Assembly: GCA_965216325.1 (NCBI GenBank)
Contig: OZ244160.1
Location: forward strand, 2,976,001-3,040,000
Direction of reading: 5' to 3'
DNA from: Coraliomargarita sp.
Lineage (GTDB): Bacteria; Verrucomicrobiota; Verrucomicrobiia; Opitutales; Coraliomargaritaceae
DNA length: 64,000 nucleotides
Under the pieces are notes generated by a model. It saw only the letters and a list, made by a program, of their open reading frames with translations. It was not told the DNA's origin and made no database searches. This document shows positions 1 to 9,432 of this stretch, in pieces (position 1 is the stretch's first letter; the number at the start of each line of letters is the position of its first letter). The position numbers and the translations under genes were made by a program.

Positions 1-57
1 TCTAGAAAGTGTCCACTATTACTCGTTTACGACTCAGACAAGCATTCGCAATCTATT

Positions 58-1917
58 ATGAACAAAGAGGCAATCGATACGCTTATTGCTAACAATCCGA
101 AGCTCGCCGGCGCGCGGGCAAAGCTCGAAGCTATGGCTCCGGGCAACTACTGCCTGCACCGTAGCTGGGGCTTTGGCAAGATCGTTGATTTCGACGAAGC
201 AAGTGCAAAGATCATCATCGACTTTGAAGAAGGTAAACAAGGCCACGCGATGGCCGTCGCATTCTGCGTCGACAAGCTTGATGTGCTCAAGCCAAACGAC
301 GTGCTGGTGCGCTCCCGCACTGAGCCGGATGTAATTGAAGAGCTCATCAAGAAGCAGCCAGCGGATCTTATCTGCGATATTCTCGCGACTGACGAAGAGC
401 AAGCTATGATGGCTTCTGAGATCGAGCGTGTGCTCGCTCGCGTGATCGGTCCGATTAAGTATAAGAAGTGGTGGACTGCTACTAAGAAGCTTTTGGTGAA
501 GGATCCACGTGTTGGTGTGCCCAACAAGAAGACTGAGCCTTACATCCTCCGTGATGAGCCAGTGAAACCAGAAGAAGAAATTCTGGAGCAATTCCATGGC
601 ACCAAGAATTCTAAGGAAAAGATCCTCCTGGGTGAAAAACTCTTTGCTCTATCTGAAAACATTTCTGTCATCCGTGAGGAGCTTCCTGAGATCCTCAACG
701 AGCTGACTGACGCGATTGCGAATGCAAAGAGCCTGAGCCAAGCAGACCGTCTCCACGGTGTTTGGGTGCGCAACAACCTTGCGCGTGACCTTCACGAAGA
801 TGTTGAGGCACTTGAGCCGTCTTCCGCTTCGATCCTCGACGCTACCGACGACTACTCAGAACTCGCATCCGAGCTGCCTGCGCAATACTACAAGCGTTAC
901 GTCGACCTGATTCGCCGCACTTATCCGGACAAGTGGCAGTCCATGCTCGAAGACTTGTTCCGCAACTCCAGCGGTAAGTTCACTAGCGAGTGCATCAACT
1001 TCATGCTTGAGCACGAGCTCAACGAGCGCGTCAGCTTCTGCTTGAATCGCTGGCTCAACGACCAAACCATCAAGGGCCCGCTGCTCTTCTGGGTCGTTAA
1101 GAACCGTAACTCCAAGAAGTATGGTAAGATCATTCAGCCGCTCGTGTCGCCACGCCTGCTTTCTGCGATGTTCTACGCGATCGACTACGAGTCTCTTCAA
1201 AATGCAAGCACTCGCCGCATCCCGCTGGCTGACTTGCTCAGTGACGACGATGAGCTGATCCCGGATCTGTTGGCGGATGCAAGTGTGGAAACTGCACGTG
1301 ACCTTGCGCAGACACTCCTGCTAAATCAGGGCTTCGAAGACCTGACCAAGAAGTCGCTCATCGCACGCTTCATTAAGAAGTTCCCTACGGTTCAGAGCCT
1401 GATCGCTGGTGATGGCGCTGAGAAGTCTGAGGATGAAGGCCTGGTGGTTTCCCAAGCGAGCTTCGATGCTGCGAAGGCGGAATACGAAGACCTCATCGCC
1501 AACAAGATTCCTGAGAATAAGGAAGCGATCCAGACTGCGAAGGAGCACGGTGACTTGAAGGAAAATTCCGAATACAAGATGGCTCGTCAGGATCAGGACA
1601 TCTTGCTCGCTCGTAAGAACGAGCTTGAGGTCGATCTCACGCGTGCTCGTGTGTCCGACTTTACTGAAGCTACCAACGAGAATGTTGGCATCGGCTCTGT
1701 GGTTGAACTCAAGGAAGGTTCCACTGGTAAGACTACCATCTACTCAATTCTGGGTGCTTGGGATTCGGACCCAGAGAACGACATTCTTTCCTACAAGACT
1801 CCGCTTGCACAGCAGCTCCTTGGTAAGGAAAAGGGTGACACCGTAACCACCAAGATCGGTGGTAGCGAAGAGCAGTGGACGCTCCTTAGTATTGCCCGTT
1901 GGGTCGACAAGAAGTAA
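58..1917 (+). CDS. greA: Transcription elongation factor GreA with ~450-aa N-terminal extension
   Basis: C-terminal GreA domain (AKEHGDLKENSEY, LGAWDSDP..ILSYKTPLAQQLLGK); 619 aa. Confidence 0.9.
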   Translation: MNKEAIDTLIANNPKLAGARAKLEAMAPGNYCLHRSWGFGKIVDFDEASAKIIIDFEEGKQGHAMAVAFCVDKLDVLKPNDVLVRSRTEPDVIEELIKKQPADLICDILATDEEQAMMASEIERVLARVIGPIKYKKWWTATKKLLVKDPRVGVPNKKTEPYILRDEPVKPEEEILEQFHGTKNSKEKILLGEKLFALSENISVIREELPEILNELTDAIANAKSLSQADRLHGVWVRNNLARDLHEDVEALEPSSASILDATDDYSELASELPAQYYKRYVDLIRRTYPDKWQSMLEDLFRNSSGKFTSECINFMLEHELNERVSFCLNRWLNDQTIKGPLLFWVVKNRNSKKYGKIIQPLVSPRLLSAMFYAIDYESLQNASTRRIPLADLLSDDDELIPDLLADASVETARDLAQTLLLNQGFEDLTKKSLIARFIKKFPTVQSLIAGDGAEKSEDEGLVVSQASFDAAKAEYEDLIANKIPENKEAIQTAKEHGDLKENSEYKMARQDQDILLARKNELEVDLTRARVSDFTEATNENVGIGSVVELKEGSTGKTTIYSILGAWDSDPENDILSYKTPLAQQLLGKEKGDTVTTKIGGSEEQWTLLSIARWVDKK

Positions 1918-1941
1918 TTCAGCTTCAGTTAGTTATCTTTC

Positions 1942-1973
1942 AAAGCGCCTCTCTATTAGGGAGGCGCTTTTTT
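1942..1973 (+). terminator. Rho-independent terminator of greA; target of the group IIC intron
   Basis: aaagcgcctctcta/tagggaggcgcttt stem followed by T-run. Confidence 0.9.
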
Positions 1974-1975
1974 GT

Positions 1976-3130
1976 GTGCGCCCGGCAGGGCGCACTTACT
2001 CGACAGTGATTATTAATGGAAATTGATGAAAGTCTGTTACTCGCCCGGCAAGGGGAAGAGTTAGCCGAAGGGCAACTGCGGCATCGCGAGGTGTTCGTGG
2101 GAAGGAAGCCTATGGCAAAGCACTGGCCTGACGAACAGGAATCGCATAAGAGGCGTTTGCGTTGGATGAGGAGGCACAGAACTTCAAAGTCCGAAACTTG
2201 CCCGGAAAGCGCAGGCGTATATGCGGCAGGCATAAGTGTGACGGTAAGTGCGCATTACCCGGGGAGGTCTCTGAACATGCTACTGGCTACCAGTGTCGCG
2301 AGGCACTGGGATGTGTTTAGAGAAGTCAGCCGAGATCATAGTAGCCTGCACAGGTCGCGGGCGAAGGATCGAACCGAAGAACGACAACAAGGACTGAGAC
2401 CATGAGCGAGAGCAGGGAAGCAGAAGCTGGCGGCACCACCCGTCAGACCCGCGTGGAAGGAACCGGACGGCATCTGGGGCGAGTCCATGCGGGCGCATCA
2501 AGCGCGCCATCGGCCTTGGAGACCAAACTGAAGCTGAAGGTCAACCACCTCAAAAGCGCGGTGGATCGTCCGAGCCGCCGGATCTTCCTCGGCTACAGCT
2601 TCACTGGGGGCAAGCATAGCCGCATTCGCGTGCCCAAACAGACGACTCAAAAGATGAAGTCCAAGCTGCGGAAACTCTGCCGCAAAGGGCGCGGGCGCAA
2701 CCTGCGCCGCTTCATCGCTGAGACGCTCAATCCAGTGCTACGCGGCTGGACGAACTACTTCCGCCTGAGTCAGACGAAAACCTTCGCCGGGGAACTGGAC
2801 GAATGGTTGCGACATCGCTTGCGGTGCATCCTCTGGCGACAGTGGAAACGTCCCCACACCCGCTACAGGAAGCTGGTGCAGCTTGGGCTCAGCCCCGAAT
2901 GTGCCCGCAAAAGCAGCTACAACGGACGCGGGGCGTGGTTTAACAGCGGAGCCTCTCACATGAACCAAGCCCTCCCACGCAAAGCCTTCACGCAAATGAA
3001 GCTCCTATCTGTCTATGATTTGCTCGAATTGATGAGAGCCGAAATCCTTCTTCGGAACCGCCGTGATACGTGAACCGTACGTCCGGTGGTGTGAGAGCTT
3101 GGAGCGGGCAACCGCTCCCGGCTACTCGAT
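1976..3130 (+). mobile_element. Group IIC intron, internally deleted (1155 nt)
   Basis: 5' end GTGCGCCCGGCAGGGCGC directly after a terminator; domain V/VI-like 3' end GAACCGCCGTGATACG...GTACGTCCGGTGGTGTGAGAG...CTACTCGAT. Confidence 0.9.
2402..3073 (+). pseudogene. Intron-encoded protein lacking the RT core; retains last RT motifs and maturase/X domain
   Basis: LKLKVN..KS.V...FLGYSF and LNPVLRGWTNYF...LDEWLRHRLR...WRQWK present; no YADD or N-terminal RT motifs; 223 aa. Confidence 0.85.
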
Positions 3131-3200
3131 ATAGCTGACTAGTCCAAAAGGACTAATCCAAACCGTTGCGTGCGTGTCACAATTTTCCTATCAAAAATAT

Positions 3201-3362
3201 ATGAAAAATTGCGAACGTTGCGGTAATCTAATGAAGGCAACCGAAGAGTGCTGGAAATGCCGTCATGAGGCAGAGGACCTTAGGCATCGCCTGTTTCTTG
3301 GTCTGATCGGCTTTACAGTTGTCTGCTCGATGTCCTTGCTCTGGGTAAGTCTCGCCGCCTGA
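3201..3362 (+). CDS. Small hypothetical protein, CxxC..CxxC plus C-terminal TM helix
   Basis: MKNCERCG...ECWKC then hydrophobic LFLGLIGFTVVCSMSLLWVSL. Confidence 0.5.
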   Translation: MKNCERCGNLMKATEECWKCRHEAEDLRHRLFLGLIGFTVVCSMSLLWVSLAA

Positions 3363-3421
3363 TTCTAGTTTCAGGCTGTTCTGCCTTTTCTGCTCGCTGG
3401 TTGAGTGATCGGAGGAGATGC

Positions 3422-3456
3422 AAAAAAGGCCCGCATGTTTAAAACATGCGGGCCTT
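3422..3456. terminator. Bidirectional terminator
   Basis: aaaggcccgcatgttt/aaacatgcgggccttt between convergent ORFs. Confidence 0.85.
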
Positions 3457-3482
3457 TGTGCATCAATAGAGTGCTCTGAGGC

Positions 3483-5480
3483 TTACCAGAAGACTGCGTA
3501 GAGCGCGATGGTTGCGATCACGACACCGATGCCGACGATCTTGGCTCCATTTGAGGTTTCCAGTTCGATCTGATCGTTGACTGGCATTTCGACCGGCTTC
3601 TCCATTGGCTTCACAAGGGTAAGGATCGCACCGACGAGCAGAACGATGAAGAAGCAGATTGCCATACGGTCAAGGAAGGCGATCTGATCTGCATACCACC
3701 AGCCGTTTGCTACGATGATTGGGCCTAGCACCCACTTGAAGGCACCGTAAGCGACGACATTGGTGAGGATACCAACGGCACCGAAGTAGCGTGGTGTGCG
3801 CGGTGAGAAGAAACCGAAGATGAACACCGCCAGAATACCTGGTGAGATGAAGCCTTGGAACTCCTGAATGTAAGCAAAGATACTTTCGAAGTTGTTGAGC
3901 TTCGGTGCGACGAAACCGGCAAGGATGACGAACACGACAACGAAGAAGCGTCCAACCTTAACCAATTTCTCCGGGTTCGTCTCGCCACTGAATTTAGAAT
4001 ACAAATCCATGGTTGCGATTGTGGATGCGGAATTGAGCATCGATGCGAGCGAGCTGATAACCGCACCACACAGCGCCGCCAGAACGAACCAAGAGATCAG
4101 CGGCATTGGTTTGATCAGGTTGCGAACCAGAACTGGGAAGGCGGAGTCGTAGTCGTAACCAACCAGTGTGGCGCCGACAGTGGTCGTTGCGTTCTTGCCT
4201 TTGGCTTCAGCATCCTTGGCAACTGCAGTATCTGCGAGAGCATTGATCGCAGCTGCAGTGTCTGCAGGCGTTGCTCCAGAAGGGAAGGCGTCGGTGCTGC
4301 CTGCGAGCTTCGCGTTGCGGTTGTAGAGCTCGGTTACAAACTCCGGCTGTAGTTCTACAAATGCTGCATCCACTTTAATCACCTGTGCTTCGGTCGCTCG
4401 GTTCAGCGCATTTTGGTTACGGACTTCAGCAGAGTCATGAAGATCCCCTGAGAAGAGGTTGAAGGCCAGGATGCCGGGAATTACCACGACGAACGGGATG
4501 ACCAGTTTCAGCAAAGCTGCGAAAACAATACCTTTTTGACCTTCGGCGAGTGATTTGGAACCGAGTGTGCGTTGCACGATATACTGGTTGAGGCCCCAGT
4601 AGAAGAAGTTAGGAATCCACAGGCCGATGAGTAGAGCAGTCCAAGGGATGTCGGAGTCTTCCTTCGGGCGAACCATGTGCATCTTACCACCGGATCCGTT
4701 TGGTCCATTAGCTGCAACGGCTTCGCCATCGACACCGTCGTTGAGTAAGATCAGTCGCTCGTAGGCACCGGCAGCCTCAAGGTCGGCTACAGTCGCCTCG
4801 GAGTTTGCCACCTTAGTGAGGATTAGTTCTTCAGCTGGAGCATCGGCAAGGTGTTGGAAGGCGAGAACCATCACAATGGCACCACCTACGACCAGTGCAG
4901 CACCCCAGATGAGGTCAGTCCATGCACAGGCCTTCAGGCCGCCAATAAAGACATAAACCGCTGCGAAAATCGCGATTAGCCAACAAACTGCTGTCAGATT
5001 GTTTAAGACCGGAACCTCATTGTAGTATTCGGAAACGAACTTACCACCTGAGAAAATAACCGAGGAGGTGGTCACGAAGACCAGCGTCACAATTGCTGGG
5101 ATCGCCATTGCCAGACGAGCCACACCATCGAAGCGATATTGCAGGAACTCAGGAATCGTGTACAGGCCTGCTTTCAGGAAGCGTGGCAAGAACCAGAACG
5201 CAACGAAGATCAGAGTTACGGCGGCCATCCATTCGTAGGAGGCAATCGCCATACCGAGCCAATTGGCCGCAGAGCCGGACATGCCCACGAATTGCTCAGT
5301 GGAGATGTTAGCCGCAATCAGCGAGAAGCCCACGAGCCACCAGGTGAGGCCACGACCAGCGAGGAAGTAGTCTGAGGCACCTTTGTCGCCATGGAGATCT
5401 TCGTCTCGGCTTTTCCAAATGCCGAGGCCGATCACGCCGACCACGGCAACAATGAAGAGAACAACTTCTAGTATATTCAT
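3483..5480 (-). CDS. Sodium:solute symporter (SSS/SGLT family)
   Basis: DYFLAGR, SLIAANISTEQFVGMSG, YWGLNQYIVQRTLG, SSLASMLNS motifs; many TM helices. Confidence 0.93.
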   Translation of the reverse strand: MNILEVVLFIVAVVGVIGLGIWKSRDEDLHGDKGASDYFLAGRGLTWWLVGFSLIAANISTEQFVGMSGSAANWLGMAIASYEWMAAVTLIFVAFWFLPRFLKAGLYTIPEFLQYRFDGVARLAMAIPAIVTLVFVTTSSVIFSGGKFVSEYYNEVPVLNNLTAVCWLIAIFAAVYVFIGGLKACAWTDLIWGAALVVGGAIVMVLAFQHLADAPAEELILTKVANSEATVADLEAAGAYERLILLNDGVDGEAVAANGPNGSGGKMHMVRPKEDSDIPWTALLIGLWIPNFFYWGLNQYIVQRTLGSKSLAEGQKGIVFAALLKLVIPFVVVIPGILAFNLFSGDLHDSAEVRNQNALNRATEAQVIKVDAAFVELQPEFVTELYNRNAKLAGSTDAFPSGATPADTAAAINALADTAVAKDAEAKGKNATTTVGATLVGYDYDSAFPVLVRNLIKPMPLISWFVLAALCGAVISSLASMLNSASTIATMDLYSKFSGETNPEKLVKVGRFFVVVFVILAGFVAPKLNNFESIFAYIQEFQGFISPGILAVFIFGFFSPRTPRYFGAVGILTNVVAYGAFKWVLGPIIVANGWWYADQIAFLDRMAICFFIVLLVGAILTLVKPMEKPVEMPVNDQIELETSNGAKIVGIGVVIATIALYAVFW

Positions 5481-5630
5481 AAGTGTGCTTAATGCCCTTA
5501 AAATATAGGTTTATAGCTTAGGGCTTGTTTGTGTTGTTGGGTTAGAGCAGAAAGGGCTAACCATGTATAAGCGTGACGCTATTTCAACTGCCAATATTCA
5601 CATATTTATAGAGTATTTGCAGGACTGATT

Positions 5631-7769
5631 TTACAAAAAAGCATACAGGCAGAACCAGCCGCCGACTGAGGCAACGATGGTAAGCCCGAGGGCGATCCAG
5701 ATGATTTTTCTGACTCGGTGGCTCTCATCGAAGCTGCACTGGGCACTGACGGGGAGGGTGGCTCGCTTGGTGAGGACGCGTCCAAGTGCCGCTGAGATGA
5801 GTGTGCGCCCGTTCACTGCCCAGCCGGATGCATCCAATAGGGGAGCAAGGGTGCGCTTACGAAGTTTGAGCCAGGCGATGATCATCGACGGTAGGGAGAT
5901 CATTAAGACCATACTGATTAGAATCAGTGGTAGCTGCCAGAGGGGGAGTGCTTTCATTGTCTCAAATAGAGACGCGAGACCGGCTCCAAGTGCACCGAGT
6001 GCAATGCCACCGGCAGCCAGCATGCCTGCGAGTCCTCCGGCTCCGCTGAGTGTTGTTGGTTTTGCCGCTGCGTTCTCGCTGCCGACGTTTTTGACGCCGC
6101 TTTCAAGTTGCTTCTGAATCGCTTTGTCTCGGGTGACTGCCCATTTCTCGAGCTGATCGCCAATGAATCTGCCGACCCGGACGTAGGGCATGAGGAAGGC
6201 CTCGCCGATGCAGATCGGGTTTTGAATGATTCGGACTACTGTAGTGTCCCAAAGCTTACCCTTTTTATCGAGAAAGATACCGTTGCGACCGACGATGAGA
6301 TTGGCGGAGTCACCAGCGGTAAACACCGAAGCAATGTAGAATTTCCCTGGGGAGTCTTTGCGGTGACACTGGCAATAGACTACAAAGGCGCGGGAGAGGG
6401 CAGCGAGTGCAGCATGCTTGCCGGGATCGGCGACTTTGAGGGTCAACTGGCACTCACGACCATCGAGGTAGAGTGTGCCCGCTTGAAAGATCGCGCTCCG
6501 TTCCTTTGCGTAGAAGTCGTTGAAGTTGACGAAGTTATTGAGGATTTGAACGAGGTCGCGGTGGAAACGGGCAAGCTGCTCGACGGCATCGACCGATTTC
6601 ATCCGTGGCGCGAGCGCGAGGTCTTCGGCTAGCATTGCTGCGAGCTGGTCCTGTAGATCCGATTGCAACAAGGCTCGTGCGCGGGTGATTCCGAGCTTTT
6701 CAACTCCTGTTTCCGGCTTGGACTGGCGCCATTTACGATAGCTGCTGAAGCGCAGCTTCACTTCTTGCCACTCTGCTCGTGAGAGTGATTCTGGAGTCCC
6801 AAACTTCAGTGGTTCGATAATCTGACTGAAGAGCGCGTCGAAGCGACTTTGCCACTCTGGGTTGATTCCGCCTCTGAGTGGCAATTCTGCTTCCGGTCCA
6901 ACCGTTGCCAAGGGGAGGCCTTCGATTTCCTGATTGCTGCTCGAGAGGTCGGTATCGGCGATCTGTTTGTAAAGTGCGACATCACGATTCAGCGGCTCAA
7001 TCGCACGTGAGTCGAAGGCCGCAAGCTGGCAGCGGGCGTAGAAATCGTCTAGCTTTGCCTCGATGGCTTTTAAGCTTTTGAAGGCTTTTGGGGTGGATTC
7101 CGCGAGTGGAAATACTTCGTTGTTTGCTTCGGTTTCACCCTGTGTCCACCAGTCATTATAGGCATTCAGCTCTTTGAAAAAGCTATCCAGTTTCTGTTGT
7201 CCAATGCCAGGTGTGCCGCCGCGGTCGGTGTCTGCGCCGACGGTATCCATAATCTCCTGAATTAACTGCTGGAGCTCTTCGCTATCGACGGAATCCTTGG
7301 AAATGACACCGTCGCCGTTGTAGCGGGATTGGCCGAAAATCTTGGCGGTGTTGGCGGATTGTGCGACCGAGATGTGCGTTGCATCGGCACTACCTGTATT
7401 CGCCAGTATCTGCTTCGCGGAGGCGAGTAGGGCGCCACCCTCGTCATCATCTGCGCGAATTGCATCCAGTGGTAAGTCACCTCCATCAAATAGAGATTCC
7501 GGCTTTGATAGGCGAGCGAGCGTCCATTGCACCGCCGTTAGCATCTCTTCGATACGCACGCGGCCATCTGCATCATGATCGATTAAAGCGAGTGTTTTGC
7601 TGTCAATCTCCAAGCCATTGACGGGGCAACTGAGTGCGACCCATAACTTTGGATCGAGTGTCTCGAGGGCGCGTAGGTCCTCGACGCTGTTGAGCTGAAC
7701 TTGAAAAATGCCCCCGCTGTGGCGCAGTTGCCAGGGGTGCTTGGATTTGAGGGCGTTGAGCTTAAGCAT
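5631..7769 (-). CDS. Conserved hypothetical membrane-anchored protein with EF-hand-like loop
   Basis: 712-aa ORF; DHDADGRVRIEE motif; C-terminal hydrophobic helices. Confidence 0.75.
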   Translation of the reverse strand: MLKLNALKSKHPWQLRHSGGIFQVQLNSVEDLRALETLDPKLWVALSCPVNGLEIDSKTLALIDHDADGRVRIEEMLTAVQWTLARLSKPESLFDGGDLPLDAIRADDDEGGALLASAKQILANTGSADATHISVAQSANTAKIFGQSRYNGDGVISKDSVDSEELQQLIQEIMDTVGADTDRGGTPGIGQQKLDSFFKELNAYNDWWTQGETEANNEVFPLAESTPKAFKSLKAIEAKLDDFYARCQLAAFDSRAIEPLNRDVALYKQIADTDLSSSNQEIEGLPLATVGPEAELPLRGGINPEWQSRFDALFSQIIEPLKFGTPESLSRAEWQEVKLRFSSYRKWRQSKPETGVEKLGITRARALLQSDLQDQLAAMLAEDLALAPRMKSVDAVEQLARFHRDLVQILNNFVNFNDFYAKERSAIFQAGTLYLDGRECQLTLKVADPGKHAALAALSRAFVVYCQCHRKDSPGKFYIASVFTAGDSANLIVGRNGIFLDKKGKLWDTTVVRIIQNPICIGEAFLMPYVRVGRFIGDQLEKWAVTRDKAIQKQLESGVKNVGSENAAAKPTTLSGAGGLAGMLAAGGIALGALGAGLASLFETMKALPLWQLPLILISMVLMISLPSMIIAWLKLRKRTLAPLLDASGWAVNGRTLISAALGRVLTKRATLPVSAQCSFDESHRVRKIIWIALGLTIVASVGGWFCLYAFL

Positions 7770-7820
7770 TTAACGTTTTTGTATAGTAGTAATTCGTTCG
7801 ATGTTAAGATAATTCATAAG

Positions 7821-7897
7821 CTAGGGGCGCTGCTTGCGGCGCCCGTCCTATGGAACAGAATACCCACACGATGACGGGCTTCGCGAGCAAAGCCCCT
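7821..7897. repeat. REP doublet (family A), right copy interrupted by the IS110 element
   Basis: ctaggggcgctgcttgcggcgccc ... gggcttcgcgagcaaagcccct, continuing as acgcg after the IS at 9374. Confidence 0.8.
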
Positions 7898-8021
7898 GCT
7901 ATGTTCGTTTCTGTCAAGAGTGTAGAAGCGTGTGAGTGTTTTTACATAAGATAAGTGGTTTGTTTTGATTGCAATCGTCTTTGAGCGTCCACCGCGCATG
8001 GCCTCGGAGTTTCGATGATCC

Positions 8022-8169
8022 GGGATAACCTGCTATCCGTGTTTCTGAGTGTTTCTCAGAAGAGCACACTATGACCTATCCATTGGGTCATTCAAAAGCT
8101 TGGTGGCGAAGTGGCCTATTCTACAAAATCGTTGTGTTGGCAACAGGGGCTTGGTCAGACTCACTCCGC
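8022..8169 (-). ncRNA. Putative bridge/seek RNA of the IS110 element
   Basis: Two internal-loop hairpins; loop strands AAGCCCCT/GTAG match target, GTCAT/ATAGCAG match donor junction; transcript ends unknown. Confidence 0.72.
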
Positions 8170-8233
8170 ACAAAGGAAAACTGCAAAAGAACGTTAAAAT
8201 CAGAGGGTGAAGGCCTTTAGCGTTGGTTCGGAC

Positions 8234-9322
8234 TTATGGGTTTTGTCTGCTTATCAGTCCGAAGTCTTCGAGACTGCATTGGCCAGTGCGTATGCGCCAC
8301 CAGTCCACGGCGAACTGCCGGGCGATGGCCACGGCAATTTTCTTGCGGGTCGCCTTACTGGTGGTCTCGTCGCTGAGCTTGGCCTGCCATTTACGCACCC
8401 CACTGTAGCCGGGATTCCACCGGATCAATAACCAGGCGCACTCTTGTAGCATATGCCGCAGGCGGGGACTGCCGTGTTTGTTGATCGAGCCCTGGAAACG
8501 CCGATTTGCACTAGTGTCTTCGCTTGGGCACAGTCCGGTAAAGGAACTGACCGCCTTGCGGTTGTTGAATCGCTTCCAGTTGCAGACCTCACGTTCGATC
8601 TGTTCATAGAGGACCACCCCCATGCCTTTAGGCAGCACCCGTTCCGGCTCGAGCGCTTCGATACGTTCTTCGATGTTGCTGATTAGCTCGCTAAAGTGCA
8701 GGCAGTTTAACCGCAGTGGCTCCAGCAGGCTGATCAAAAAATCGTCGAGCTGTTCGAGTAGCTGCATCCATTTGCGCGGCTTCCACCAGCCGCTGGGTAA
8801 GGGTTGATCGTAATACAGTCCCAGACTCTTACCACGCTTGGCCGCACGGCCACGTTCTTTGACGAAGCTTTCACGCTGCCGGGTTAGGCTGCGGTGACGC
8901 TCTTCTTGCTCGCTGGGCACACGCACGACACTGAAGCTGCGGTCATTGCCCCGCAGATAGCCGTCCAGACTCAAGACCATTTGCAACGCATCACGCGCGT
9001 CGGTCTTTACCTTCTTACCATGAGTGTCCCAGTTGATCGGGCGGATTACGTGGTTGTTCACGCCCATCGCCTTGAGCTTGCGGTGCAGGCTGTAACCAAA
9101 AGGACCGGCCTCGTAGCAACTTTGCAACTGCTCGCACTGAGTGCTCAGCTGCTTAATCCATCGAAGGAAGATATCAGGCTTCATGCGCTTCGCGCGTGAA
9201 GGGGCGCTGCTATCGATCTTCATGACCACCACGTAGGTGCTCGCATGCACGTCAATGCCAAGCTTGATTACTGTGCCCAGTGCGTTCTTAGTTGTCCGTG
9301 TAGATGATGTGGGGTTTTGCAT
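8234..9322 (-). CDS. IS110-family DEDD recombinase
   Basis: GIDVH, CYEAGPFG, KTDARDA; C-terminal FTGLCPSEDTS...G.INKHGSPRLR. Confidence 0.93.
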   Translation of the reverse strand: MQNPTSSTRTTKNALGTVIKLGIDVHASTYVVVMKIDSSAPSRAKRMKPDIFLRWIKQLSTQCEQLQSCYEAGPFGYSLHRKLKAMGVNNHVIRPINWDTHGKKVKTDARDALQMVLSLDGYLRGNDRSFSVVRVPSEQEERHRSLTRQRESFVKERGRAAKRGKSLGLYYDQPLPSGWWKPRKWMQLLEQLDDFLISLLEPLRLNCLHFSELISNIEERIEALEPERVLPKGMGVVLYEQIEREVCNWKRFNNRKAVSSFTGLCPSEDTSANRRFQGSINKHGSPRLRHMLQECAWLLIRWNPGYSGVRKWQAKLSDETTSKATRKKIAVAIARQFAVDWWRIRTGQCSLEDFGLISRQNP

Positions 9323-9432
9323 AAGTTTATCATCATAGCACTTCCGTGCTCCTGATAAACGCCCATGTCATCTACGCGATCTTTCTTCGCCTTGTCGCTT
9401 GCTCCAATCTGCGAGCCCGCTTTTCTAAGGTC

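Larger units (their letters stand above)
7898..9373 (-). mobile_element. IS110-family (IS1111-type) insertion sequence
   Basis: CT core at 7896-7897 and 9372-9373; removal restores REP end aagcccCTacg; ~50-nt left end, ~335-nt right end; imperfect subterminal IR (ATGnnCGTTT). Confidence 0.85.

Noticed and set aside
2016..2405. 129-aa ORF in the intron 5' region
   Set aside because: Overlaps ribozyme domains I-III; no protein motifs
9346..9432. Extended N-terminus of UvrB in the ORF track
   Set aside because: Begins inside the IS end; homology starts at GTG 9433
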